A DNA stretch of 64,000 bases from Myxococcales bacterium (GTDB lineage Bacteria > Myxococcota_A > UBA9042), in contig SHZD01000001.1 of NCBI GenBank assembly GCA_009692465.1, forward strand, positions 18,218 through 82,217, in the 5' to 3' direction. Shown piece after piece: positions 26,996-37,800 of the stretch. The notes below the pieces were generated by a model that made no database searches, was not told the origin of the DNA, and saw only the letters and a program-made list of their open reading frames with translations. The stretch's first letter is position 1. Each line of letters opens with the position of its first letter. The position numbers and the translations under genes are program-made.

Positions 26996-28351
26996 TTGAG
27001 CGCACAGGCCCACACAATTGTCGCCCTGGCCTCGGCCAGTGGCATTGCCGGCGTCGCAGTTGTGCGCTTGTCGGGCAGCGAGGCCGTCGCGATTGCCAGC
27101 GCGTTGTGCGCGTCTACGAACATGCCGCATGGCCAGATGCAATTGCGCAGGCTGCGGGAACCACTGACTAATGCACCTATCGACACCGGCTACGTCGTCT
27201 ATTTTGGGGCTCCTCGCAGCTATACTGGCGAAGATGTCATCGAGTTTCATGTGCATGGATCGCCAGCGGGGGTAGATCGACTGATCGCCGCCTGTTGTGC
27301 CGGTGGCGCTCGGATTGCCGACCGCGGCGAGTTCACGCAGCGCGCGCTTGGAAACGGCAAGCTGGACTTGGCGCAGGCGGAGGGCCTTCTCGACGTACTG
27401 CACGCCCAGGCCGAGCACCAGCACCGAGCCGCGCTGGCCCATCTGGATGGCCGCTTGAGTCGCGCGATAGACCTGCTACGCCAACCACTGTTGCGCGTAA
27501 CGGCTGAAATCGAGGCCCGCATCGACTTTGCCGCCGAACCGCATCTGGCCCAATTCGACCGCGGGCCCATCCGCTCGCTGCTGTTGGACATTGCTGAACG
27601 GACGCAGGCGTTGGCGGCCACGGCGCAGGCTGGTCGGGTGCGGCTGCGCGGTGCCAGAGTGGTGTTGGCCGGCGCTCCAAACGCCGGAAAATCGACTCTT
27701 CTCAACGCGTTAGTCGGACACGACCGCGCGATTGTCGACCCGCGTCCAGGGACGACTCGGGATACGCTTGAAGTCGCCACCGCGCCTGAAGGGGTGTTGG
27801 TGACGTGGATCGACACCGCAGGGCTGCGGCTAGCGACGGATAGCGTTGAAGTCCAGGGCACGGCGCGCGCTCTTGGTGAAGTGCTGCACGCCGACTTGGT
27901 GCTGTGGATCATTGATCAGGGTGCGCTGCCATCAGCGCTGCCTGCGACCCCAGCGCCGGTCGTGCGGGTGCGCAATAAGTCTGATGGCCCTGAGCATCCG
28001 AATGTTCGAACTGATCCGCAATGGCAGCAATCGCTGGCTGTCTGCGCGTTGAATGGCGACAACATTGATGAATTGCGGCGGTTAGTGGTTGCTCTGGTGC
28101 GCTCGCTTGGGTCGATCGGGCAGGGCGCGAAAGTGGCGATCGCCCGGCAACGCCACGCCGATGGCTTACAGCGTGCCGAACAGGCAGTGCGCGCGGCCTT
28201 GGCACAGCTAGACCCATTGGCCGAACTCGCGCTTGAGCTGGTCGCTGCTGACCTGCGCGATGCGATTTTTGCCCTCGACGAGCTGACTGGCCCGATGACG
28301 CCAGACGACGTCTTGGCGGCCATTTTCAGCGAATTTTGTATTGGGAAGTAG
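26996..28351 (+). CDS. mnmE: tRNA uridine-5-carboxymethylaminomethyl modification GTPase
   Basis: The G-domain has GAPNAGKSTLLN and DTAG, and the C-terminus is CIGK. TTG start. Confidence 0.9.
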   Translation: MSAQAHTIVALASASGIAGVAVVRLSGSEAVAIASALCASTNMPHGQMQLRRLREPLTNAPIDTGYVVYFGAPRSYTGEDVIEFHVHGSPAGVDRLIAACCAGGARIADRGEFTQRALGNGKLDLAQAEGLLDVLHAQAEHQHRAALAHLDGRLSRAIDLLRQPLLRVTAEIEARIDFAAEPHLAQFDRGPIRSLLLDIAERTQALAATAQAGRVRLRGARVVLAGAPNAGKSTLLNALVGHDRAIVDPRPGTTRDTLEVATAPEGVLVTWIDTAGLRLATDSVEVQGTARALGEVLHADLVLWIIDQGALPSALPATPAPVVRVRNKSDGPEHPNVRTDPQWQQSLAVCALNGDNIDELRRLVVALVRSLGSIGQGAKVAIARQRHADGLQRAEQAVRAALAQLDPLAELALELVAADLRDAIFALDELTGPMTPDDVLAAIFSEFCIGK

Positions 28352-28437
28352 CAGTTTCGCGCAGCACCTTGCTGTTTACATCGAAGCGAACGACAGTCGC
28401 CTACAGCAGCGTGGTTCAGGTTGGGTGTTCTGTTTCG

Positions 28438-28463
28438 AATCAGCGAGTTGTGTGCTGATTTTT
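28438..28463 (+). terminator. Candidate Rho-independent terminator downstream of mnmE
   Basis: AATCAGC (28438-28444) pairs with GCTGATT (28454-28460) as a 7-bp stem with a 9-nt loop. The T-run continues to 28463. Confidence 0.35.
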
Positions 28464-28482
28464 CCGAAGTATAGGGGTTCAC

Positions 28483-28725
28483 ATGGCCGCATCCGTCGAT
28501 GACCAAACCGCTCGCAAGGGCATTCTTAAGCAATTAGCGCGCAACGCGGGCTCTGTACACATCCGGGAGTTGCATGAGTTCAGCACCCTGCGTTTCAGCC
28601 GCGGCCATCAAGAGTTTTCGGCCTTGATGGAAGGGTTGGTTGCCGATGGTTTAGTGCTGTACGACGGTCAGGTTTTCCACTTGACCGAGGAAGGTCAGGC
28701 GGCATGTGGTGGCATGCTGATGTAG
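28483..28725 (+). CDS. Small hypothetical protein (80 aa), possibly winged-helix-like
   Basis: An ORF with an ATG and plausible codon usage. I recognised no motif. Confidence 0.4.
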   Translation: MAASVDDQTARKGILKQLARNAGSVHIRELHEFSTLRFSRGHQEFSALMEGLVADGLVLYDGQVFHLTEEGQAACGGMLM

Positions 28726-28756
28726 GCGCGTCAACGGCATGAAGTCACTGAGATTA

Positions 28757-30568
28757 TTAACTCAGGACCGTTTTCAGCAGCCCGTAGACGCCAAGACACA
28801 GCGCCGCCAACGAATCGCCAGCGATAAGACCGCCGCCGACCAGCGAAGTCGTGCTCATATCCTCAGGAATATCGGGGTCGATTAGCGCAGGGTTGGCGCG
28901 CTTGCGCCGTTCATCCATCGTTTGCACCAGCGAGGTCAACGTGCCGCCAGCGGCAAACCAGAGCGCCACCGGCAATTCGACAAACCCGCCAAAACTAGAT
29001 GCATATGGGCTCGGCAGCAGTACTGAATCAAGCACGAAGTCAAAGCCATACCCCGCTTTCGAGTTGGCAATCCACGCCTTGTAGCCGCCGTGGCGCTTGA
29101 TCAGCTTGCGCAGGATCTCAGTGATCAAGCCGATGCCGATGCCGATCTGCAGCGCAGTTGAAATATGAGATTTGGGGTTGGTCAGGCCGCGCAGCGCCCC
29201 GGCAAACTTGTAGGTCATAGCTGAGCCCCAACCTTCTGCGCCGACCGGATGAGGATTCGAGTATTGGTCGATACGTAGCACCGGATAGGCGGCCATGAAG
29301 ACCTTGGCAAGGACCACGGCGAGTACGGCGCCCATCAGAATGCCGATGACTTGAAAGCGAAATTGCATGGTTCGGTCGCTGCCCAAACGCCAACCAGTCG
29401 AGCGATCCTGCTGCATGTCGCAGCCGACGCTGGTGGAGATGAGCAAAATACTGCCGGCCAAAAGGCCGACTGAAGGGTCTTTGAGCCCCAGTGCGGCCAA
29501 AATGAACACCGTGACAACAAAGGCACTGGAGATCGGATTGCTGTCCGAAATGCCGACGGAGATGCCATTGATCATTACGAATAAGACCACCAGCGAAACG
29601 GCGGCACCTGCATATAGGCCCGGCACGTTCAAGACTTGAGTGGCTACGATCACCACCGCCGTCCCCCAAAACGCCACCCACATGAACAGTTTGCGCAGGT
29701 CTTGCTTTTTCCAAGCCTCCACTTGCGCCAATTCGTTTGCCTCTGGATTGCGCAGTCTTTTGACGGCTTGAAAAAGGACCAGCGCAATGTCGACAATTGC
29801 GGCACCCAAGATGGTGCCCAATGCGAGAATAAAGCCAATTTTGCGAAACGGTGCGCCCGGTTCCAGCCAACCGATTCCGACCAAATAGGGTGTCAGTAGC
29901 ACACCGAGGACGCCTACCGTCGCCGCCGCGATGCCAATTCGTGCCGCGACCACCATGCCGGCGCCCACTGTCGAAGAAGACAGGCCAATGGCGTCAATCA
30001 TGGCCATGTGGGGCGTCGCCAAACCGACGGCCATGCCGCCCGCAGTGCCAAAACCCAATTGCGCGATCGACCGCCGCAATAGACGCAAGTCAGTGAGAGC
30101 CCTCAAGATGTTGGCGACTGCCAGCCCCGATGGGTAGGTCAGGCGCATCTTGTCGACGAGCAGCGGCGTGTACAGCATGCCGACGCCGACGCCAAACATG
30201 CCAATACACATGAAATACAAGATTAATTGCCACGCGGGAGGCTCTGGCAACCCCAGCCAGACTGCGGCCTGAACCAGCACCGCCATGCCCGACATGCCTG
30301 CGACCGAAGCTGCCAGTGTTTGCATGTAGTTCGCGCCGTGCTTGCCGTTGGCGCCGTAGCCGTAGGTGACTGCAGAGCCCAGAATCCCCGCCAGCACCTG
30401 GCCGCCGACGAAAAATCCTAGCGAAAAGTTCATATAGGCCGCGGTAATGCCGCCGAGCGGGCCCAGAATGAAGATGGCGACTGCGATTAGCAACGCGTAA
30501 TAGGATCGACTGCCAATGGCTGGCAGCCACCGCCAGGCTGGGGCTGAGTGGGCGTCGGGAGATTGCAT
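28757..30568 (-). CDS. OPT-family oligopeptide transporter
   Basis: 603 aa, polytopic, with the LTYPSGLAVANIL motif typical of OPT transporters. Confidence 0.85.
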   Translation of the reverse strand: MQSPDAHSAPAWRWLPAIGSRSYYALLIAVAIFILGPLGGITAAYMNFSLGFFVGGQVLAGILGSAVTYGYGANGKHGANYMQTLAASVAGMSGMAVLVQAAVWLGLPEPPAWQLILYFMCIGMFGVGVGMLYTPLLVDKMRLTYPSGLAVANILRALTDLRLLRRSIAQLGFGTAGGMAVGLATPHMAMIDAIGLSSSTVGAGMVVAARIGIAAATVGVLGVLLTPYLVGIGWLEPGAPFRKIGFILALGTILGAAIVDIALVLFQAVKRLRNPEANELAQVEAWKKQDLRKLFMWVAFWGTAVVIVATQVLNVPGLYAGAAVSLVVLFVMINGISVGISDSNPISSAFVVTVFILAALGLKDPSVGLLAGSILLISTSVGCDMQQDRSTGWRLGSDRTMQFRFQVIGILMGAVLAVVLAKVFMAAYPVLRIDQYSNPHPVGAEGWGSAMTYKFAGALRGLTNPKSHISTALQIGIGIGLITEILRKLIKRHGGYKAWIANSKAGYGFDFVLDSVLLPSPYASSFGGFVELPVALWFAAGGTLTSLVQTMDERRKRANPALIDPDIPEDMSTTSLVGGGLIAGDSLAALCLGVYGLLKTVLS

Positions 30569-30573
30569 AATCG

Positions 30574-31464
30574 TTACCTACCTTGTTTGGATGGGTTAGT
30601 CCATGCATATTCAGCGGTTGCGGCAATGCTCAGGGGTGATACCACCGCAAATTCATCAACTTGGCCCGCGTCGTCGAGCCATCGGCCCCGCAGTTCACCG
30701 CTGGGGTCGAGGCCATCCAAACGCAGCCAGCGCAGTCCGTCACGCCCACCCAGATCGACTTGCACTGCGGTGCCGCGAAAAGCGAGATGCTGCTCCAACC
30801 GCACAACGTCCAAGACACCGCCGCGGCTGACAAACTGGTCGACTGCGGCGCGAATTGCCACCGCGCAAGTCTCCGCAAGCTGAGGCAGACGCTGGTCGGC
30901 CGTTGTGGCGGCCAATTCTCGAAGGCTGATGGCGGGGATGCGCACCTCAGCCGGCTCAGGGCAAGCCGTGACATTGATCCCAATGCCGCAAAGCCATAGG
31001 GGATCTGCGCACGGCCCGCCGACCCGCTCGCACAGGATGCCGGCCAGTTTTCGCGGACCAACAGCCGTCATCGCCAACAAGTCGTTGGGCCACTTCAGGC
31101 GCAGCTCAGTTGCGACCAGTGGTTGCAATGCGTCTCGCAGGGCAAGGCCGGCGACCAATGACAATCGCGGCCACAGTTCGGGCGCCAGCAAGAGCGGGCC
31201 ACCCAAGCTAAGCATCAGGCTTGAGCCAGCAGCGGCTTTCCACTTGGATTGATTGCGGCCACGCCCTGCGGTCTGGCTGTGCGCCAACTGCAGTCGCCAC
31301 CCGAGGTCTGTTGGCGGCTGGTGGGCAAAATCGGCGCGCAGCTGCGACTGGGTCGAGTCCGTAACCGACGATACCCGCACCTTCGACCACGGCTGACCGG
31401 AGCACCGCAGGGCAGCAATCAACAGTACTTCGTCAACCGGATCAGGCGGTATTGGCTCGAGCAT
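30574..31464 (-). CDS. birA: Biotin--[acetyl-CoA-carboxylase] ligase
   Basis: QTAGRGRNQSKW (GRGRxGRxW motif) and KWPNDL. I set the start at the ATG at 31464 (MLEPIPP). I saw no obvious N-terminal HTH. Confidence 0.8.
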   Translation of the reverse strand: MLEPIPPDPVDEVLLIAALRCSGQPWSKVRVSSVTDSTQSQLRADFAHQPPTDLGWRLQLAHSQTAGRGRNQSKWKAAAGSSLMLSLGGPLLLAPELWPRLSLVAGLALRDALQPLVATELRLKWPNDLLAMTAVGPRKLAGILCERVGGPCADPLWLCGIGINVTACPEPAEVRIPAISLRELAATTADQRLPQLAETCAVAIRAAVDQFVSRGGVLDVVRLEQHLAFRGTAVQVDLGGRDGLRWLRLDGLDPSGELRGRWLDDAGQVDEFAVVSPLSIAATAEYAWTNPSKQGR

Positions 31465-31687
31465 GGTGGTCCACTGTACGGTCGACGGCCGGACGGGAGG
31501 CGACTGTACGAGGCTGAGGCGGCGAGCGCAATCGCCTCGCCGCCTCTGTCGTCGCCGAACACGCCGCAATTGGCAAGGTGTCTCTAACTGTTACGCCGTG
31601 CTGCTTGACGCCGGCGGCGCCTTTGACCACCATTTTGGCCCCGCGCCGTCGTTTTTGCTTGGTCGGGCACAAGGGCATCACTAAAGA

Positions 31688-32080
31688 ATGGACCTCTCGC
31701 GCTTTGAAACCGCCGAACCGGCGAACTTAGGCTGGACAGCTGCCGGTGAGGTGCAGATCGTGTGGCTTGACGCTCACGAAAGCGTCTACCCTTTGGCGTT
31801 TCTGCGTGAAAAATGCCCGTGCGCGACTTGCCGGGGCACTCACGGAACGCCAACCACACTGGTACGACAGTCGCGCGGCGGGCTGCCCATTGTCCAAAAT
31901 ACCCGCCGCAAGGAGCCGTCAACCGAAGTCAAGTCGGTGGTTCCAGTGGGAAAGTATGCCATTCGCTTTACTTGGGGCGACGGGCACGACGGCGGGATTT
32001 ATTCTTGGCGCTTCTTGCGCAGCATTTGCCCCAGCGACAGCCAAGGGCCTGACCATCTGGCCACCGCGCCGGAAGTGTAG
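31688..32080 (+). CDS. DUF971 (gamma-butyrobetaine-hydroxylase-N-terminal-like) protein
   Basis: VQIVWLDAHESVYPLAFLREKCPCATCRG and IRFTWGDGHDGGIYSWRFLRSICP. Confidence 0.7.
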   Translation: MDLSRFETAEPANLGWTAAGEVQIVWLDAHESVYPLAFLREKCPCATCRGTHGTPTTLVRQSRGGLPIVQNTRRKEPSTEVKSVVPVGKYAIRFTWGDGHDGGIYSWRFLRSICPSDSQGPDHLATAPEV

Positions 32081-32092
32081 ACCAAAGGCGCA

Positions 32093-32497
32093 ATGGGCGG
32101 CGAAGGGCAGGGCAGTTCACCACACAGAGCGGCGATCGACTCGCTTGCCCGGCGCTTTCCTGCGCCGATTTGTCGGCTTGATCACCTGCAGGATGGTCGC
32201 TTCGCCTTTGATGTCGACGACGACACCTATTTGGTAGTGCAAGCGGCCGGCGCCGTTCATATTGTGGACGGGCTGTGCCCACATCAATATTTCCCTTTGG
32301 AATTTGCGCACATCGAAGATGAAACCGTGCTGGTGTGCCCTCTGCACGGCTGGCGCTTTGACGTCACAACAGGCGTGAGCCCAGACACCCCGCAAATCGC
32401 CCTTCGCCGCTGGCCAGCGGAAATTCGCAGTGGCGCAGTCTTTGTGTCGGAACCCAGGCTATTTGAGTCAGATTCAGGTCTGACGGAGAAACCATGA
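32093..32497 (+). CDS. Rieske [2Fe-2S] domain protein
   Basis: CPHQ ... CPLHGW (CxH...CxxH) with typical spacing. Confidence 0.75.
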   Translation: MGGEGQGSSPHRAAIDSLARRFPAPICRLDHLQDGRFAFDVDDDTYLVVQAAGAVHIVDGLCPHQYFPLEFAHIEDETVLVCPLHGWRFDVTTGVSPDTPQIALRRWPAEIRSGAVFVSEPRLFESDSGLTEKP

Positions 32498-34002
32498 CAA
32501 CTACAGAAATGTACATTGACTTAACCAGAAGGCTCTCAGACATCACCGCGATCGAGGAATCGTTGGGCATTCTGCAGTGGGACCAAGAGATCGTGATGCC
32601 CAAAGGCGCGACGGCAGCTCGCGGACGCCAAATGGCGACTTTGGCCGCGATCTTGCATCAAAACGTCTCGAGTCCTGCCCTAGGTGGATTGCTTGAGCGC
32701 CTCAGCGCGGCCGGAGATCTGGACGAACTGGCGCAGGCCAATGTCCGCGAGGCCAATCGCGACCACCAACGCGCGGCCAAGATCCCAGAGGACTTGGTTC
32801 GGCAATGGACCGCGCTGACCGTTCAGGCTCACGATGTGTGGGTTGACGCGCGCCAAGCCACTGATTTTGACCTCTTTCGCCCAACGCTAGAGAGGTTAGT
32901 GGAGTTGGCCAAGCGCCGTGCCGCCGCAGTCGATCCAAACCGAGCGGCCTACGAAGTTCTCATTGACGAATTTGAAGTCGGCATGTCGATGGCCCGAATT
33001 GATCAGGTATTTGCGGAGCTTAAGGCCACACTGATTCCGCTGATTGCCCAAGTGCGCGCCCGCTTTGATCGCGGTGGATTGCCCAACACCGCGTGGTTGC
33101 AGACACACGTGGCGCCGCAGTTGCAGCGCGAGGTCGGCGAAGCGATGGTGCGTGCGCTGGGTTTTGACTTTGACCGCGGCCGCTTGGACACCAGCGTCCA
33201 CCCATTTTGCGGTGGCGCCGGTACCGACGACGTGAGAATTACAACTCGCTACAAGGAGACCGCATTTCTAGGTTCGCTGTCTGGAATGATTCATGAAACT
33301 GGACACGCGCTCTACGAACAGGGCCGCAACCGCGGGCTGGGCGATCAGCCAGTTTCGCGCGCGCGCTCGATGGGCATTCATGAAAGCCAGTCGCTGTTGT
33401 GGGAAAAGCAGGTCGGTCAGGCCGCGGCGTTTTGGCAACCTCACTATCCGCTGTTACAAAGCAAATATGAATTCTTGGCAAACGTGCCATTTGACGACTT
33501 TGTCTTCGGGCTTAACCTCGTGGATCTTCAAAACTTCATTCGGGTTGACGCCGACGAATTGACCTATCCCCTGCACGTGATTCTGCGCTACGAAATTGAG
33601 CGCGACCTGTTCGCCGATCGACTGACCGTAGCCGAAATTCCGCAGGCCTGGAATGACAAAATGCAGCAATATCTGGGCATTGTGCCGCCAAACGCCGCAC
33701 AGGGTTGCTTGCAAGATGTCCACTGGTCCGGCGGCAGCTTTGGCTACTTTCCGTCGTACACGTTGGGTGCGGTCTATGCCGCCCAGTTTATGCAGTCGGC
33801 GCGCCTCAGCGTAGCGGTGGAGGCCACCTTGAGCGCCGGCCAGATCGAGCCGTTGCTCAGTTGGCTGCGGTCGCACATTCACCAGCATGGCTCGCGGTTT
33901 TCGACCGATGAACTGGTGACTCGCGCCACGGGTCGGCCGCTCGATACAGCGCCGTTCTTGGCCTATGTCACCGCCAAGTATGAACGGCTCTACGGCCTGT
34001 AA
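32494..34002 (+). CDS. Carboxypeptidase, M32 (Taq) family
   Basis: HPF, HETGHALYEQG (HEXXH) and IRVDADELTYPLH. The ATG overlaps the Rieske TGA (ATGA). Confidence 0.9.
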   Translation: MTTTEMYIDLTRRLSDITAIEESLGILQWDQEIVMPKGATAARGRQMATLAAILHQNVSSPALGGLLERLSAAGDLDELAQANVREANRDHQRAAKIPEDLVRQWTALTVQAHDVWVDARQATDFDLFRPTLERLVELAKRRAAAVDPNRAAYEVLIDEFEVGMSMARIDQVFAELKATLIPLIAQVRARFDRGGLPNTAWLQTHVAPQLQREVGEAMVRALGFDFDRGRLDTSVHPFCGGAGTDDVRITTRYKETAFLGSLSGMIHETGHALYEQGRNRGLGDQPVSRARSMGIHESQSLLWEKQVGQAAAFWQPHYPLLQSKYEFLANVPFDDFVFGLNLVDLQNFIRVDADELTYPLHVILRYEIERDLFADRLTVAEIPQAWNDKMQQYLGIVPPNAAQGCLQDVHWSGGSFGYFPSYTLGAVYAAQFMQSARLSVAVEATLSAGQIEPLLSWLRSHIHQHGSRFSTDELVTRATGRPLDTAPFLAYVTAKYERLYGL

Positions 34003-34006
34003 ACGC

Positions 34007-34765
34007 ATGGCATTCAAGGATTTTCATACGGCGCCGGGCCTAACCGAGACCGACGAAGACCGGCGTCGCAAGCGCAGCCTCATCGGCGGCGACTTGGCTC
34101 TGCGGCGACAGCACGGCAAACCAGTGCAGTTCAACGGTCGTTGGATCTTGGACCCCATTTTTCGAGACGACGACCTCCAAAGCTTGCGGCAATTCTGTCA
34201 GCAGCAGGCCAATTCAGAGCTAGCTGTCGAGGTTGGCTTTCAACTGGGTGAATTCGCGGTTGAATATTGCGTGGAGCGTCCGGTGAGCCGCTTAGTCGGG
34301 TTTGAAGTACGTAAGCATTTTTGTGAAGAAACCGATGCGCTTCTCCAGTCGTGTGGCATCGAGTCGGCGCGTTTATGCCTCGCCGATGCGCGCACTATCC
34401 TGCCGGAAATACTGGAACCTGGGACTTTGGACCATCTGTATGTGTTTTTTCCCGATCCGTGGTGGAAGCCGCGTCATGTTAGAAAACGCCTCGTTTCTGC
34501 CGATTTCTTGGCTGACGCGGCGGTGTGGCTGCGGCCAGGCGGACGATTCTTGCTCAAAACCGACGTCCAAGCCTATGCGCAGTGGGCCCATGCGCTGTTG
34601 ATGTCTAACCCCATGTTTACTACTCAGATATTGGCAGACCGGCACGCTGGCTTGCCGTGGACCTTGCGCGAGCGGCGTTGCGAGTTGCACGGCCACCCGA
34701 CGTGGGCAATTGAGGCTGTGCGCAACGAGATCGTTACGCGGCGCCAAGATTTTCTGGTAGATTAG
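34007..34765 (+). CDS. trmB: tRNA (guanine-N7)-methyltransferase
   Basis: VFFPDPWWKPRHVRKR motif. I set the start at the ATG at 34007, just after the M32 stop. Confidence 0.9.
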   Translation: MAFKDFHTAPGLTETDEDRRRKRSLIGGDLALRRQHGKPVQFNGRWILDPIFRDDDLQSLRQFCQQQANSELAVEVGFQLGEFAVEYCVERPVSRLVGFEVRKHFCEETDALLQSCGIESARLCLADARTILPEILEPGTLDHLYVFFPDPWWKPRHVRKRLVSADFLADAAVWLRPGGRFLLKTDVQAYAQWAHALLMSNPMFTTQILADRHAGLPWTLRERRCELHGHPTWAIEAVRNEIVTRRQDFLVD

Positions 34766-34827
34766 CTGGCGTCGTCCCGCCGACAGCAGGGGCTCACCTA
34801 TTGCTTGCACCTACCCTGTGGACGGCG

Positions 34828-37800
34828 ATGCGCGCTCTTCGGCAGTTTCAACAAGCGGTCTTGGCACCTATGGTACGGTTCCAGCCATTTTTTGCCCGAG
34901 GTCTTGTTGCAGTCGCGGTGCTGGCTTCTGCTTGCTCTGATCCTGCCGGCGATTCCGAGACCCCGCTATCCGATTCAGGCAGTGGCGGCGCTGGCGGTTT
35001 TGGCGGTGGTTTTGACAGCCTAGGCATCCAATTCGACGGCAACCTTGGTACCGACGGTGCTGCCGGTGGAACAAGCGACGGCAACATCGATGGCGGACTC
35101 ATTTTCCTCGCCGACGGTGGCGTCACGATCCTAGACGGCACACCAGTCGAGGTCATTGCCGCAGCCACCTGCAGTTTTCCAGTCAACCCCAAACCTGGCG
35201 ACCCCGGAGCAACCTGCAAAATAGCTGGCGATTGCGACTCGGGTCTGTGCGTGGAGGGTCCAGACGGCAAGCAGTGCACCATGAAGTGCACGGACTGCTG
35301 CCCAGGCGGCTGGTTGTGCACCCAGTTTGGCGACGTTGACCCCGTATTCGCCTGTGTTCCCAAATCGTTGCGGTTATGCCAGCCGTGCACAGCCGACAAG
35401 GATTGCGTCACTACCGGCGACCCTGGCTTGTGCCTCGATTACGGCAGCGCCGGGCGGTTTTGCGGCAGCGCGTGTGGCACCAACGGCGATTGCCCACCTA
35501 GCTACGAGTGCAAGGCCTCCCAAGGCGTCCAAGGCGCCAGCAAGCAATGCGTACGAACCGTGGGCATGTGTACTTGTTCTGCCAAAGCCGTCGCCGAGGG
35601 CATGTCGACAATATGCAGTAACGCCAACAAGTTTGGCACCTGCACGGGCACGCGCAAATGCACCGATGCCGGCCTGACGGACTGCACCGCCACGGTGCCA
35701 GCTGAAGAAATCTGCAACAGCAAAGACGACGACTGCGACAGCCAGACCGACGAGTTTGGGGCAGCCGGTTGCACATTGTTGTGGTTCGACGGCGACGGCG
35801 ACGGCTTTGGGGCCATGGCCGGCAATGGTGGCAAGAGTCAGTGCGCGTGCAACGCTTCGGGCCAGTTCACCGCTGCAAACGCCACTGATTGCGACGACAA
35901 CGACAAGGCCATCAAACCGACTGCTACCGAAATCTGCAACGATATCGACGACAACTGTGACGCAAAGACCGATTTTGGCTGCGACAACGACAAGGACGGC
36001 TATTGCGACGCCGCTCAGATCGTGGTCGGCAAGCCCAAAGTGTGCACAAAAGGCGGCAAGGACTGTGACGACAATAAGGTCGAGGTCAACCCGAGCGCCT
36101 CTGAGGTGTGCTCCAATGGCGCCGACGACAACTGCAACGGCAGCACCGACGGCGAGGAGGGATCGGTTGGCTGTATGCCGTTTTTCTACGACGCCGACAA
36201 AGACGGTTGGGGTACAGGCGAGCCTAAATGCCTGTGCGGCGCAACGGGCGCGTACACGGCAACCAAATTTGGCGACTGTGCCGACAGCGACCCCAATGTC
36301 AGTCCAAGCATTGCCGAAGTGTGCAGCAACGGCAAAGACGACAACTGCAGTGGCGCCCAGGACGAAATCGATGCGCAAAAATGCGAGAATTTTTGGAGTG
36401 ACAAGGACTCTGACGGCTACGGCACGGGCAATCCAAAATGCCTGTGTGCCCCAACTGCCCAGTTGACCGTCAAGAAAGCTGGCGATTGCGACGACTTGGA
36501 TCCCCAAGCCAACCCAGCGGCAATTGAGTCCTGCAACGGCATCGACGACAACTGCAATGGCAAGGCCGACGAAGTGGGCGCTATTGGCTGCATACTGCTG
36601 TATGCCGACGCCGACAACGACAGCTTTGGCGACGTCAGTGAATCCGCCTGCAAGTGCAAGCCCGATGCGGTTCATTCCGTAGCGGTCGGCGGCGATTGCA
36701 ATGACAGCAAGCCGCAGATCAACCCCAAAGGCAAAGAAGTCTGCGACAGCCTAGACAACAACTGCAACGGCGTCATCGACGAGGCCAATGCCGGCGGTTG
36801 CACCACCTACTTTGCCGATCTAGACGGCGACGGCGCTGGCGATGGCGGCCAAAAGGCCTGTATTTGTGCCAAGGCGGCTCCCTATACTGCGTTAAAGGGC
36901 GACGATTGCAATGACAAGAAAGACGCCATCAATCCCAAGGCCATCGAAAAGTGCAATGGCGAGGACGACAACTGCGACGGTGCCATCGACGAAGAGGGCG
37001 CGCAATTATGCAATGATTACTTGTATGACGAAGACGGCGATGGCTTTGGCTTGAGCGGCAAGGCCAAGTGCTTGTGCAAACCCGGTAAACCGTACGGCGC
37101 GCTAAAAGGCGGGGATTGCAACGATACTTCGCCGGTGATCTTTCCCGGCGCGTTGGAACTGTGCAATGGCATTGACGACAACTGCAACAACGTTATCGAC
37201 GACTTGAGCGCCCAGGGGTGCGTCAATTTCTACGTCGACAACGACAAAGACGGATACGGCGATAGCAAGCAAATTCCCAAGTGTTTATGCAAATCTGAGA
37301 CCGTGTACACCACGCCCCAAGGTGGTGACTGCAACGATTTGGACGCCAAGACCTATCCCACCGCCAAAGAACTGTGCGACGGCGTCGATACTAACTGCAA
37401 TGGAATTATTGATGATTCTGGCGCATCCGGCTGCAAGGCATTTTTCTTGGACGCTGACAGCGATGGCTTTGGCATGGCGAGTCAGTCGCAGTGTTTGTGC
37501 AACGCCACCGGCCAATACAGCACTACGCAAGCCGGTGACTGCAATGACGGCGCGGCGGCCATCAAGCCAACGGCCATAGAGACCTGCAACGGCATCGACG
37601 ACAACTGCAACGGCACAACAGACAGCGATTCGCCGCAAGCCAAGACCTATTATGCCGACGTGGACAACGACACCTTTGGCGCTGGCGGCGGCAAGACCCT
37701 GTGTCAGCCCGATGCGACGTTTGACGCCACCCAAGCCGGCGACTGCAACGACGGCGACCCCAACATCAATCCGAGTAAGCCCGAATTGTGCAATGGCAAA

